This document shows, piece after piece, positions 19,788-29,066 of a stretch of 64,000 nucleotides of DNA. Positions within the stretch are counted from its first letter, which is position 1; every line of letters begins with the position of its first letter. Origin of the DNA: Deltaproteobacteria bacterium. Lineage in GTDB: Bacteria > Myxococcota > Kuafuiibacteriia > Kuafuiibacteriales > Kuafuiibacteriaceae. A program made the position numbers and the translations under genes. Below the pieces are notes generated by a model that did no database searches, had not been told where the DNA came from, and saw only the letters and a program-made list of their open reading frames with translations. Location of the stretch: the NCBI GenBank assembly GCA_040218735.1, contig JAVJQW010000061.1, forward strand, positions 256,001 through 320,000, in the 5' to 3' direction.

Positions 19788-21209
19788 GTGTGCGCTTCAC
19801 CGTTCAACCACATCGTCGTCTCCGACCTGCACCTTGGCGGCGGCGGACACGCCACCGAGCTGACGCAGTTCTTGGCGTGGTACGCCGCCCACCCCGCTGA
19901 CGAACGTCCCTGGCGCCTGGTCGTCGCCGGCGACGGGATCGACTTCCTCCACGCCGGCCTCGCCGACGAGGAACACACCGAAGAACGAGCGATCGCGACC
20001 CTCGAAGCGATCGTCCAGGACAACCGGACCACCTTCGCCGCGCTCGCCGCGTTCGTCGCCGACGGGAACGAGCTGGTCTTCGTCGGCGGCAACCACGACG
20101 CCGAGCTCCACTGGGACGGCGTGCAAGCTCGCTTGCGCGGCCTCCTCTCGGCGCTCTTCGTCGAACGCCTCTCGGGGCGCACCGCGGACCTCGCGATGGT
20201 GCGCGGCTTCGAAGCCCGCGTGCGGTTCTGCCGCTGGTTCTTCCTCGAGCCCGGCGCGCTCTACGTCGAACACGGACACCAATACGACGAGCTGTGTTCG
20301 TTCGAGAACATCCTCTACCCGGTCGGACCCGACGAGCGGATCGAGACGCCGCTCAGCCACGTGACCCTCCGGAAGTTCAACGAGCTCGTGCACCGCATGG
20401 ACCTCGCGAAGGCGGAGTACTGGGGCCTCGGCGACTACGTCCGGTGGGCGGTGTCGCTTCCACGCCGACCGCTGATGCGCTGCCTGTTCACCTACGTCAC
20501 GAGCCCGCGGTGGTTGTTCGGCCTCGAGCAGCGCATGGTCCGGCCCAAGGGGGAGATCGGACGCATCGTGCGCGACCGCGTGCGGGCGATCGAAGCGACC
20601 TTCGGCCTCGAAGAGGCGACGCTGGCGCGGCTCGACGCGAATAGAAAGGCCCCGGCCGGACGGCGGTGGACCTCCGGGCTCGCAATGCTCTTCTACGATC
20701 AGCTCCTGCTGTTCGGGCTGTGCCTGACGCTCCTCACCGGGTGCCTCGTCACGCCGCTGTCTTCGCTGTGGCGCGGCGCGCTCGGCGTCGGGCTGCTCGT
20801 CGCGACGTTCTTCCTGTCGCGTTACTTCGCGAAGAAACGAGACGTCGAGGCGAACGATAAGTTGATCGCCGGCGCGGAAGCCGTGGCGAAGGTCGTCGAC
20901 GTCCCGTACGTCGTGTTCGGCCACACCCACATCCCACTCGTCCGCGACGCGTCGAAGTCGACGAAGTACGTGAACACCGGGAGCTGGACCTACGAGGAGG
21001 GGCGCACGCACTTCGTCGTCACGGCGGAGCAGGCCGCGCTCGTACGTTGGGCAGGCACGGGACGCCCGGTGGTGTTCCAGTCGGTGGATCAGTCGAGCCC
21101 GAGCTTGGCGGGGAGCACTTCGAGCATCAACGCGTCGGCGTGCGCCGGGCTGTCGCCGAGCGCGATGACGTCGAGCTTGCCCGACCCCTCGAGCGGGCCG
21201 ACGTTGTAG
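19788..21209 (+). CDS. Calcineurin-like metallophosphoesterase with C-terminal TM hairpin
   Basis: SDLHLG, GDGIDF, GNHD, EHGHQYD, FGHTH, YVNTGSW; start codon uncertain (19716-19788). Confidence 0.82.
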   Translation: MCASPFNHIVVSDLHLGGGGHATELTQFLAWYAAHPADERPWRLVVAGDGIDFLHAGLADEEHTEERAIATLEAIVQDNRTTFAALAAFVADGNELVFVGGNHDAELHWDGVQARLRGLLSALFVERLSGRTADLAMVRGFEARVRFCRWFFLEPGALYVEHGHQYDELCSFENILYPVGPDERIETPLSHVTLRKFNELVHRMDLAKAEYWGLGDYVRWAVSLPRRPLMRCLFTYVTSPRWLFGLEQRMVRPKGEIGRIVRDRVRAIEATFGLEEATLARLDANRKAPAGRRWTSGLAMLFYDQLLLFGLCLTLLTGCLVTPLSSLWRGALGVGLLVATFFLSRYFAKKRDVEANDKLIAGAEAVAKVVDVPYVVFGHTHIPLVRDASKSTKYVNTGSWTYEEGRTHFVVTAEQAALVRWAGTGRPVVFQSVDQSSPSLAGSTSSINASACAGLSPSAMTSSLPDPSSGPTL

Positions 21210-22465
21210 AGCACGAAGCGGCCCTGCCGAGTCGCGGCGTCGTAGAGGTCGTCGCCGAGGAGCCGAACGATCTCGGAGAAGTCGGCGCCGACGAGCTTCT
21301 TGTGCACGACGTCCTGCGCGCGGTACTCGGGGCGCGGGCGGCCGACGAGGCGGTCGACCATGTGCATCGGCGTGCTCGTCCCGCCCCAGCGACCGTTGCA
21401 CTCCGTGAACGCCACCGTGAAGTCGCCGTCGGGAGCGTCGACGAGGAAGTCGAACGAACACCGGCCGACGTAGCCGTACGCCTGGAAGCGCTTCGCGACC
21501 GCGATCGACGCGTCGGACAGCGCAGCGTTCACTTCGGGGCGTAGTCCGCTGGGCCGCGAGCCGACGAAGACGCGCGTGTCTCCCGCGAGGATCTGTTCGT
21601 AGACCCCGTCGACGATCGGCTCACCCTCCGCGGGGATCGTGAGCTGCGTGGAGGGGGAGCAGTCGGTCGCCCACCACGCGACGGCGAGGACCTCCTCCCC
21701 TTCGGCGCACTCCGTTTCGGTGGCGAAGCCGTTCACGAGCTCGACGCGCTGCTCGGAGGTCATCGCCTTCACGACCGAAGACTCGAAGACGCGGTTGCCC
21801 ATCGCGGAGGCGCAGCGCGTTCGTTTGAGGCCGACGCGCTCGTGGGTCGCGGCGATGTCCGCGAGCGCCGACGCGAGCTGGGCGGCGTCGTTCGAGGCGA
21901 CGGTCTTCACCAGGAAGTCGTCGCCGAGCACCTCGCGGACGACGGCCGAGAGCGCCGCCTTGTCGTTGGCGATCCACGTCGCGGGCGGCGGCGGCGCGAT
22001 GACGCGGACGTCGACGCCGGCGGCCTCGTGCACCTTGGCGGCGAGCGCCCAGGTGGCCTCGTTGCCCATGTACGGCAGGAGCGTGAGCGCGCCGGCCGCC
22101 TTCGCGACGGCGACGATGCGATCGAACGCGGCGCCGGACGAACACGCGCGCGAGACTTCGAGCGGGGAGTCACCGCCTTCGGCGCGGACGAACTCGGTGC
22201 GACCGAAGTGGAGCTTGTCGCGGCAGTAGTCCTCGTAGCCGTCGACGGTAGGCGTGACGGCGGCGAACAGGTCGCCGTCGCCGGCGCGGACGCGCGCGCG
22301 GTGTTGGTACAGCTCGACGCCGGGTACGCCGGAGAGGAACGGGATCGCGGAGACGTCGTCGAGGCAGAGCTTGGGCCCCTTCGGCGTCACGCCCGGCGTC
22401 AGGCGAAGGTGGTCGTACGGGGCGAGCGCCGCGCGGATCTCGGCCGGGTCCACGAAGAGGGTCAT
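21089..22465 (-). CDS. Pre-ATP-grasp/ATP-grasp peptide-ligase-like protein (PGM1-like)
   Basis: ANDKA, SAMGN, SPSTQL, VYEQIL, GYVGRCSFDF, TECNGRWGGTS; ATG at 22465 overlaps the RluA stop. Confidence 0.72.
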   Translation of the reverse strand: MTLFVDPAEIRAALAPYDHLRLTPGVTPKGPKLCLDDVSAIPFLSGVPGVELYQHRARVRAGDGDLFAAVTPTVDGYEDYCRDKLHFGRTEFVRAEGGDSPLEVSRACSSGAAFDRIVAVAKAAGALTLLPYMGNEATWALAAKVHEAAGVDVRVIAPPPPATWIANDKAALSAVVREVLGDDFLVKTVASNDAAQLASALADIAATHERVGLKRTRCASAMGNRVFESSVVKAMTSEQRVELVNGFATETECAEGEEVLAVAWWATDCSPSTQLTIPAEGEPIVDGVYEQILAGDTRVFVGSRPSGLRPEVNAALSDASIAVAKRFQAYGYVGRCSFDFLVDAPDGDFTVAFTECNGRWGGTSTPMHMVDRLVGRPRPEYRAQDVVHKKLVGADFSEIVRLLGDDLYDAATRQGRFVLYNVGPLEGSGKLDVIALGDSPAHADALMLEVLPAKLGLD

Positions 22466-23457
22466 GCCACCGACGCAGGCGGGAGGCCACGCCATTCGAT
22501 CCCGTGGCGCTCGAGCAGCGCCATGAAGTCCGGCGGGGGCGGCGCTTCGAGGGTCATGCGTTCGTCGAGACCCGGGTGGTGAAACGTCGCGGAGAACGCG
22601 TGGAGCGCCTGGCGGTGGTGCCCGATGCGAACGGTGAGCTCCTCGGGCGCGATGCGACCGCCGACGGCTTCGATGAAGAGGTGCTCGTCCTCCGAGTAGA
22701 GTTTGTCGCCGAGGATGCGGTGGCCGAGGTGGAGGAGGTGCACGCGGATCTGGTGCTGCCGCCCGGTCTTCGGCGAGCACTTCACGAGCGCGGCGTCCTC
22801 GCCGGTCGCGAGGACTTCGAAGAACGTGTACGCCGGCTGCGCGCCCTCCCCGCCGACCTCCATGAGGCAGCTCGTGAGGGAGTCGGGGACGAGCCGCAGC
22901 GGGACGTCGACCGCCTCGGTGATGAAGTCCGGCACCCCCTCGACGACGGCCAGGTAGGTCTTCTCGACCTCGCGGCGCGCGAACTGCTGCGTGAGGTGCG
23001 ACGCGCTCTTGTTGTCGCGCCCGAGGAGCACGAGGCCGGAGGTCTCCTTGTCGATGCGGTGCGCGAGGTCGAGGTCGTGATCGTCGAGGCGTTCGCGGAG
23101 GATTCGGATCAGCGTGCGGTGATACGCGGACGCGGTCGGGTGCACGACGAGGTCGCCGGGCTTGCACACCGCGAGCACGTGTTCGTCGGCGAAGAGGATC
23201 GGGATCTCGATGTCGTCGGTCGGCCCTTCGTTGAGGGGCTTGCGCTTCATGACGATCGTCTCGCCCTCGAAGACCCGCAGCGACGGGCGATCGACGATCG
23301 TCCCGGCCGGCTCCTTGCGCACGTTGCCGAGCTTGATGACGCGGACGACGAGCGAGCGCGACATGCGCTTCACGCGGCGGGAGAGGAAGGTGTCGACGCG
23401 GGTGCCGTGCTCGTGCGGGTGCACGACGAAGGGGACGTCGATGAGACGCTCGGACAC
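22462..23457 (-). CDS. RluA family pseudouridine synthase with N-terminal S4-like domain
   Basis: KPGDLVVHP, AHRIDKETSGLVL, TGRQHQIRVHL, ILGDKLY, QALHA. Confidence 0.93.
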   Translation of the reverse strand: MSERLIDVPFVVHPHEHGTRVDTFLSRRVKRMSRSLVVRVIKLGNVRKEPAGTIVDRPSLRVFEGETIVMKRKPLNEGPTDDIEIPILFADEHVLAVCKPGDLVVHPTASAYHRTLIRILRERLDDHDLDLAHRIDKETSGLVLLGRDNKSASHLTQQFARREVEKTYLAVVEGVPDFITEAVDVPLRLVPDSLTSCLMEVGGEGAQPAYTFFEVLATGEDAALVKCSPKTGRQHQIRVHLLHLGHRILGDKLYSEDEHLFIEAVGGRIAPEELTVRIGHHRQALHAFSATFHHPGLDERMTLEAPPPPDFMALLERHGIEWRGLPPASVA

Positions 23458-23508
23458 GGCGGTCTCGACACGAACTCGGTTCGAACCGCGTAAGCAACCG
23501 CAAGAAGG

Positions 23509-23557
23509 ACGACAAAAACATCGTACGATGTTCTTGTCGTACGATGTTTCTATCGTA
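23509..23557. promoter_or_regulatory. Palindromic operator-like array in the divergent rluA/ATPase promoter region
   Basis: 32-bp palindrome acgacaaaaacatcgt|acgatgttcttgtcgt with one mismatch; tcgtacgatgtt repeated with 16-bp period. Confidence 0.55.
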
Positions 23558-23569
23558 TATGAAGGGTTT

Positions 23570-24616
23570 GTGATCCTGAAAGCCAAGCCTGGTGCGGCCC
23601 TGACCCCCATGGAAATCGTCGGGCGTGATGGCCTGGTCGCGCTGCTTTGCGAGTGTCTGGCGCACCGGAGCGTGCTGCTGTCGGGCGAGCGGCGAATCGG
23701 AAAGACGTCGGTGCTCACGAAGCTCGTCGATGCTCTCGAACCGCGACGGGTCATTCGAGAGAACGTCCAAGCGTTCGCCTCCCCGGTCCAGTTCGCGGAG
23801 GCCCTCGGACGGTGGGCCGGCATCGAGGACCTCGAGGTCGAGTGGCCGTCGGCGATCACGTTGGCGCTCGACACGATCGAAGACGAAGCACCGAACGCCG
23901 TCATCATTTGGGACGAGTTCACGTGGATGCTGAAACGCATCGACGAAGCGCACGTCCAAGACGAGGCCGTAGAGTTGCTGCTTCATCTGCATCGCGAACG
24001 TCTCGATCGCCCTTCACTTCGATTCGTCCTCTCTGGATCGATCAGCATCCACACCGCGATCCGCCGGCTCAGGACCCGCTGCACTGCAAAGGATCCCATC
24101 TCCGACCTGTCGGAGGAGATCGTCCGCCCGCTCGAAGCGGCATCGGCGTTGGAGCTCGCACACCGAATCTCCAAGGGTGAGAGCCTCGACGCATCGAACC
24201 TCGACGAAGTACTCGAGCAGCTCGTCCACCTCGTTCAGGGACGCCCGTACTACATCCACGATGTGCTCAGCGCCTGCGCACGGCGTGGTGACGTAACGAT
24301 CGCGACGATCGACGAGATCGTCGACGAGAGAATTAGCGCCGACACTTGGGACCTGGCCGACGACTTCGGTCGGATTCAGGACATGTTCGATGAATCGGAG
24401 GGCGCGGCGGCCGTGGAGATCCTGGATTGGGTAGCGGAGGCTCCGATGACTCGACGTGAAATTGCGAGTGAGCTCGAACATTCGGACGGCGTGGTCCAGA
24501 GCATCATCGAGACCCTCGTCAGGGACGAGCTACTCACCGAGGTCGAAACGGATCTCTCGTTTCGATCGGGTCTCAGAGCCCGAGCTTGGCGACACTACCG
24601 GAGCCGCAACTCATGA
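23570..24616 (+). CDS. P-loop (AAA/STAND-like) ATP-binding protein with C-terminal winged helix
   Basis: IVGRD, GERRIGKT (Walker A), IIWDEF (Walker B), LSGS, GRPYYI; GTG after a gaaggg RBS-like sequence. Confidence 0.8.
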   Translation: MILKAKPGAALTPMEIVGRDGLVALLCECLAHRSVLLSGERRIGKTSVLTKLVDALEPRRVIRENVQAFASPVQFAEALGRWAGIEDLEVEWPSAITLALDTIEDEAPNAVIIWDEFTWMLKRIDEAHVQDEAVELLLHLHRERLDRPSLRFVLSGSISIHTAIRRLRTRCTAKDPISDLSEEIVRPLEAASALELAHRISKGESLDASNLDEVLEQLVHLVQGRPYYIHDVLSACARRGDVTIATIDEIVDERISADTWDLADDFGRIQDMFDESEGAAAVEILDWVAEAPMTRREIASELEHSDGVVQSIIETLVRDELLTEVETDLSFRSGLRARAWRHYRSRNS

Positions 24617-26730
24617 GCCCGATCCAGTCCTTCTCACCGAGCGCCATGTCCGCCGAGGTGCTCGAGTCGATCTTCGTCAAGCGGCACGGCCTCGTGTCGA
24701 GGATTCAGGACCAGCTTCGCGAACACGCCGCAGGAAAGTCAGCCTCGAACTTCTTGCTCGTCGGTCCGCGTGGAATCGGAAAGACGCACCTGATCTCTCT
24801 GCTCTGGCACCGGGTCAAAGCTGACGAGGCTTGCGCCGACCTCCGGGTAGCGTGGCTCAAGGAGGACGAGTGGGGCGTTGCGTCGTATGTCGACCTCGTC
24901 GTGCGAATGCTACGCGCGCTGCATCCCGAAGACGACGACTGGCTCGATGCACTGGAGGACGACGCAACCCCTGCCAACGCAACGCGATTGTTGGAGGAGA
25001 TGATCGGCGACCATCGGGTGGTCTTTTTCTTGGAGAACCTCGACCGCCTCCTCGATGGGATCGGCTCGGATGGTCAACATGAGCTCAGGGCATTTGCGGA
25101 GAACACGCCGCAGGCAACATTTGTCGCGACGAGCCCTGCAGCACCGCGCGTGCTCTCATCGCGTCGTCATCCTCTCTTCGGATTCTTCGAGCGAATTAGG
25201 CTCGAACCTCTCTCCTTCGAGGAAGCGTGCGACTTGCTCGTGCGACTCGCACGTCATCATGGAGACGAGGCCCTCGCACGCTTCATCACCACACCGACGG
25301 GGAGATCGCGAGTCCGCGCGGTCGATCACCTCGCTGGGGGGAGTCCACGCGTGTACGTCGTGCTGTCCGAGTTCCTCACGGAAGATGCGCTGGAGCAGCT
25401 CGTCGATAGCTTCATCGAGGCGCTCGATCGACTGACTCCGTATTACCAAGCCAAGATGGAATCGGTCTCGGCCCAGCAGCGGAAGATCATCGAGTTCCTC
25501 GTGGACCGTAAGGGCCGCGTTCGCGTCGCAGAAATCGCGAAGAAGTGTCTGATGAGTCCTCAAGTGACTTCACGCCAACTCAAGTCCCTCAAAGACCTGG
25601 GCCTCGTGACGGTTCAGTCTCGCGGACGCAACTCACTCTATGAGATTGCGGAACCGCTGATGGGTATGTGTCTGGACGTCAAGAGCCAGCGGTCGGAGAG
25701 CGTCGAGCTGGTCGTCGAAATCATCAGGCTCTGGTTCGGCCGGGTCGAACTCTTGACCAAGCTCCAGAACGTCGAGTCAATCCCCGAGGGGCTACGTGCG
25801 CAGCTGATCGAAGCAACGAGGTCGTCGAAACCCAGTGTCGTCGCCGACCACGCAGCGAAGGCAGTTCACGCGGCTTTCAGTGCCGGCGATTTCCCAAGAG
25901 CGCTCGATGAGGCCGCCGAGTTGGTGAGGGTCCGCGGGAACTTGGCTGATCATATTCTACTCGCGACGGCGCATCTCACAACGGGGAGTACTTACGCAAT
26001 TCTCGACGGTCTGGAACGCTCTTTCGATGACCCTCGATGGAACGATGATTTCGCCCCCCCCCATCCAGCCACGTTTGCGGTCATGGCGTATCTGCTCGCC
26101 TACGCAGGCGCCGTTGATGATGCTCGCCGGCTTCTCGATACCGTCCGTCCGGTGGTCGAGGGGCACGTTGAGCGCTTCGTGGAAGTTGGTCTCGCCTATC
26201 TCGTGTCTGCGGAGGAGAGTGCAGACCAAGCTCAACCTGACATGGTGGCACTCGATGATGCCTCCGTCCACGGGCATTGGCTTGCGGTGTTCCTCGCGAC
26301 GGAGAACTACGAAGCCGTCGCCCGCTGGGCCGCCAGCGTTCCTCCCTTCGTCGCGGTGAGCCCGCTGGCGCTCATTCATGCCCGAGGCGGAGACGTAAGG
26401 CCAATTCTCGAGGCAACCGCGAGCCGAGCGTCAGACGTGGAAGAAGCGGCGCGTGTCGGTATCGGACTCCTCCTCGAAAGGTATGTACTGACAACGATGT
26501 TCGGCGCGGACGACAGCCGCACAAAGGCGTGGATCCAGCTGGAGGAAGACGTTCAGTCACGCCACCCCGGTATCATCGTGCAAGGGGTCATCGAGGGCGC
26601 GGTCGAGCGATACGCCGAAACCGGCGACGAGAGCCACCTCGACGGAGTCCCTGAAGTCGTTCGGAAACTCTTCACCGATCAGAAGATGCTGGCTGCCCTC
26701 GGACGGCTCGTCGACCGCGAGGCGCGCTGA
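24613..26730 (+). CDS. STAND-like ATPase with winged HTH and C-terminal helical/TPR-like region
   Basis: GPRGIGKT, FFLENLD, GGSPR, LTPYYQ, AEIAKKCLMSPQVTSRQLKSL (wHTH); ATGA-coupled to the upstream ATPase. Confidence 0.8.
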   Translation: MSPIQSFSPSAMSAEVLESIFVKRHGLVSRIQDQLREHAAGKSASNFLLVGPRGIGKTHLISLLWHRVKADEACADLRVAWLKEDEWGVASYVDLVVRMLRALHPEDDDWLDALEDDATPANATRLLEEMIGDHRVVFFLENLDRLLDGIGSDGQHELRAFAENTPQATFVATSPAAPRVLSSRRHPLFGFFERIRLEPLSFEEACDLLVRLARHHGDEALARFITTPTGRSRVRAVDHLAGGSPRVYVVLSEFLTEDALEQLVDSFIEALDRLTPYYQAKMESVSAQQRKIIEFLVDRKGRVRVAEIAKKCLMSPQVTSRQLKSLKDLGLVTVQSRGRNSLYEIAEPLMGMCLDVKSQRSESVELVVEIIRLWFGRVELLTKLQNVESIPEGLRAQLIEATRSSKPSVVADHAAKAVHAAFSAGDFPRALDEAAELVRVRGNLADHILLATAHLTTGSTYAILDGLERSFDDPRWNDDFAPPHPATFAVMAYLLAYAGAVDDARRLLDTVRPVVEGHVERFVEVGLAYLVSAEESADQAQPDMVALDDASVHGHWLAVFLATENYEAVARWAASVPPFVAVSPLALIHARGGDVRPILEATASRASDVEEAARVGIGLLLERYVLTTMFGADDSRTKAWIQLEEDVQSRHPGIIVQGVIEGAVERYAETGDESHLDGVPEVVRKLFTDQKMLAALGRLVDREAR

Positions 26731-26763
26731 CTTGGCGCCGTCGAACGGCGAAATCTGCCCGCC

Positions 26764-27864
26764 TCAGACCAGCGCTTTGCCGGTGCCTTCGACCAAGCGG
26801 AAGGCGCGGTCGGCGAGGCGCATGTTCACGACCTTGGTGTGGCCGCGGGCGTCGCCGGCGAGCTGCAGCGGCAGCGCGACGGAGCTCTCGATGCGGATGC
26901 CTTCGCAGAGGAAGTCCACGAAGTCCGGCGTCTTGATCGTGCCGTTCCAGAGGCTCGGCAGGTGCGACAAGAGGTAGCTGATCGACGCGTTCGAGATCCG
27001 CATGTGGAAGCGGTCGGTGCGGCGGAGCGCGTAGGGGAGCACCTTGAGGCCGTAGCCGTAGAACGGCGAAGTGCCGACGGCGACGGCGCGGGCCGAGCCC
27101 TCGAAGAGCGTGGTGCCGATATCGAGCGGGATCTCCTCGGAGGTCTCCGGATCGAGGATCGAGCTGCGGCCCGTCGCGATGATGCGGATGTGCGCCCGCT
27201 CCTTGCGGAGCTCCGTCGGGATCGTGCGCGTGCCGATCGCGTAGAAGTACCCGGCGAGGGACTTCGCGAACGAGCGACCGACGCCGGTGCGGGTCGCGTC
27301 GACGAGGTCGACGTAGTCGTTGAGGACCTGGGCGTCGTAACCGACGCTGCCGAACGGGAAGACCCAGCCGCTGTCGACGTCTTCGATGACCCGCAGCGGG
27401 CGCGCCGAGGGGCGCTCGCCGGCGACGAGGCGCATGGCGTCCGAGACCGGTTTGCCGGCGCCGCTCATGTTGGCGAGGCCGTTGCCGGTGCCGAGCTTGA
27501 GGATGCCGAGGTCCGGGAGCGCGTGGCGGTGGCCGGGACGGCTGAGCTTCTCGGCCTCCTGCACGAGCAGGTTGAGCGTGGTGGCGATCGTTCCGTCGCC
27601 GCCGCCGACCAAGAGCGTGTCGTAGCGCTTGGCGAGGATGGAGCGGGTGTGCCGGCGACCGTCTTCGAGCGACTCGCAGAAGAACAGGTCCTCGGAGGGC
27701 ACGAGGCGCGCGAACTGGTCGCGGACCTTGGTGGTGACCTTCTTGGCGTTGGCGTTCAGCAGGACCGCGACGCGGCGCTCCTGCGGTACGACCCGGAGGT
27801 CGGCCCGGCCGAACGCGGGGGCCGGGGTATCGAGGGGACGTAGGCGACTCGGACTCGGAAGCAT
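26764..27864 (-). CDS. Diacylglycerol/lipid kinase family protein (YegS/DAGK_cat)
   Basis: LLNANA, GGGDGT, LGTGNGLA, FYGYG, QLAGD. Confidence 0.9.
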   Translation of the reverse strand: MLPSPSRLRPLDTPAPAFGRADLRVVPQERRVAVLLNANAKKVTTKVRDQFARLVPSEDLFFCESLEDGRRHTRSILAKRYDTLLVGGGDGTIATTLNLLVQEAEKLSRPGHRHALPDLGILKLGTGNGLANMSGAGKPVSDAMRLVAGERPSARPLRVIEDVDSGWVFPFGSVGYDAQVLNDYVDLVDATRTGVGRSFAKSLAGYFYAIGTRTIPTELRKERAHIRIIATGRSSILDPETSEEIPLDIGTTLFEGSARAVAVGTSPFYGYGLKVLPYALRRTDRFHMRISNASISYLLSHLPSLWNGTIKTPDFVDFLCEGIRIESSVALPLQLAGDARGHTKVVNMRLADRAFRLVEGTGKALV

Positions 27865-27927
27865 ATCGTTTTCCCTTCACCTGATGCGTACCGAAGTGCG
27901 CAGAGCGGTGAGCTGGAACCGATAAAA

Positions 27928-27943
27928 AGCAACCGGTGGGCCA
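27928..27943 (-). promoter_or_regulatory. Putative sigma54 (-24/-12) promoter of the lipid kinase gene
   Basis: Minus strand TGGCCCA-CCGG-TTGCT matches TGGCACG-N4-TTGCW spacing, ~65 bp upstream of the ATG. Confidence 0.6.
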
Positions 27944-28056
27944 GTGACCGGCGCGTCGAAAAGTGACGCAAAAACGCCACACACCGGTCACCGAGCGGGT
28001 TTCGATCAGGGAATGTCGGTGCGAACGGGCCTACGCAGTGCGTCGACCGGTACGCA

Positions 28057-28300
28057 TCATTCGTACGCCCACTGGGCCGGATCCTCCAGGAATCGCGAAC
28101 GATTTTCGGGATCGCAGAAGTAGAAGTTCCTTGACTCGAACACCACGGACTCGGTCTCGGGCCCGCGCTCACATCGAGCCTTCGTCACCGGATCCGTGAC
28201 GGCCGCACCGAGCGCGAGCGGCGTCGTGTGACCGCCGAGTGTCTTCGGCCGATCCCTCGGGCAGCCCGCCGTCAGGAGGAGGACCGCGACCCCAAGCCCA
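28057..28300 (-). CDS. Small YHS-domain lipoprotein (start unclear)
   Basis: LLLTAGC lipobox; TDPVTKARC...FYFCDPENRSRFLEDPAQW matches the YHS pattern; no nearby in-frame ATG/GTG/TTG found. Confidence 0.55.
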
Positions 28301-29066
28301 CCAAGCCAGGCCCGGGCTCGACGTGCCGGCCGTTCACCGCGAGGCGCAGCATCGCGTGGTAGAGCCGAAAGCCCGACCCCTCCGCCAGCCGGACCGCCGG
28401 CTCGTCGGAGAGGCTGACCCGCAGGGTCGGCGTGAGGCGCAGCGCGAGGAGCTCCTCGACGAGCGCCGTCAGCACCCCCCGCCCGAAGCCGCGGCCCCGC
28501 GCCTCCTCGACCACATAGACGAACACCCGCGCGACGTCCCGCGCGCAGTGCGTCACCGCCGCCACCGCCGTGAGCTGCTGGTTCAGCGACAGCACGTACG
28601 CCGGCGTGTCCTCCGCGAGCTTCGGGAACATCGGCTTGATCACGTGCGGGTCGTCGAGGCGGATGCACTGCTTCACCACCGGGCTCGGGACGAGCCAGTC
28701 CTTCTTCAGCTCGTACCACGCCTCGGCGCCGAGCGGCTGCGCCTTCAGCTGCGCCGCGACCGCACCCGACGCCCAGAACGGGAGCACCATGTCGAGCTCG
28801 CCGCTCTCGGCCGGGAACGCTTCGATCACCTCGGCGAGCTCCGTCATCCGGCGCGCGCGCAGCATCGCGTAGCTGCCGAGCCCCAGCGACTTCTGCCCCC
28901 ACCGCACCACGAGCTGCGCCGGCGGGTCCTCGCCGTCGGGCGCGAAGACGGTCACCAGACCGTCCATCCCCCGGATGTTCTCGTCGAGCGCTTCGAGCGT
29001 GACGATCGGGTCGTCCTCGAGCTGCTTCGCGATGGTGGTCTTGTCGGTGATCTGCGAGACGGACAT
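28272..29066 (-). CDS. GNAT family N-acetyltransferase
   Basis: VYVVEEARGRGFG (motif A), DEPAVRLAEGSGF. Confidence 0.8.
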   Translation of the reverse strand: MSVSQITDKTTIAKQLEDDPIVTLEALDENIRGMDGLVTVFAPDGEDPPAQLVVRWGQKSLGLGSYAMLRARRMTELAEVIEAFPAESGELDMVLPFWASGAVAAQLKAQPLGAEAWYELKKDWLVPSPVVKQCIRLDDPHVIKPMFPKLAEDTPAYVLSLNQQLTAVAAVTHCARDVARVFVYVVEEARGRGFGRGVLTALVEELLALRLTPTLRVSLSDEPAVRLAEGSGFRLYHAMLRLAVNGRHVEPGPGLVGLGSRSSS

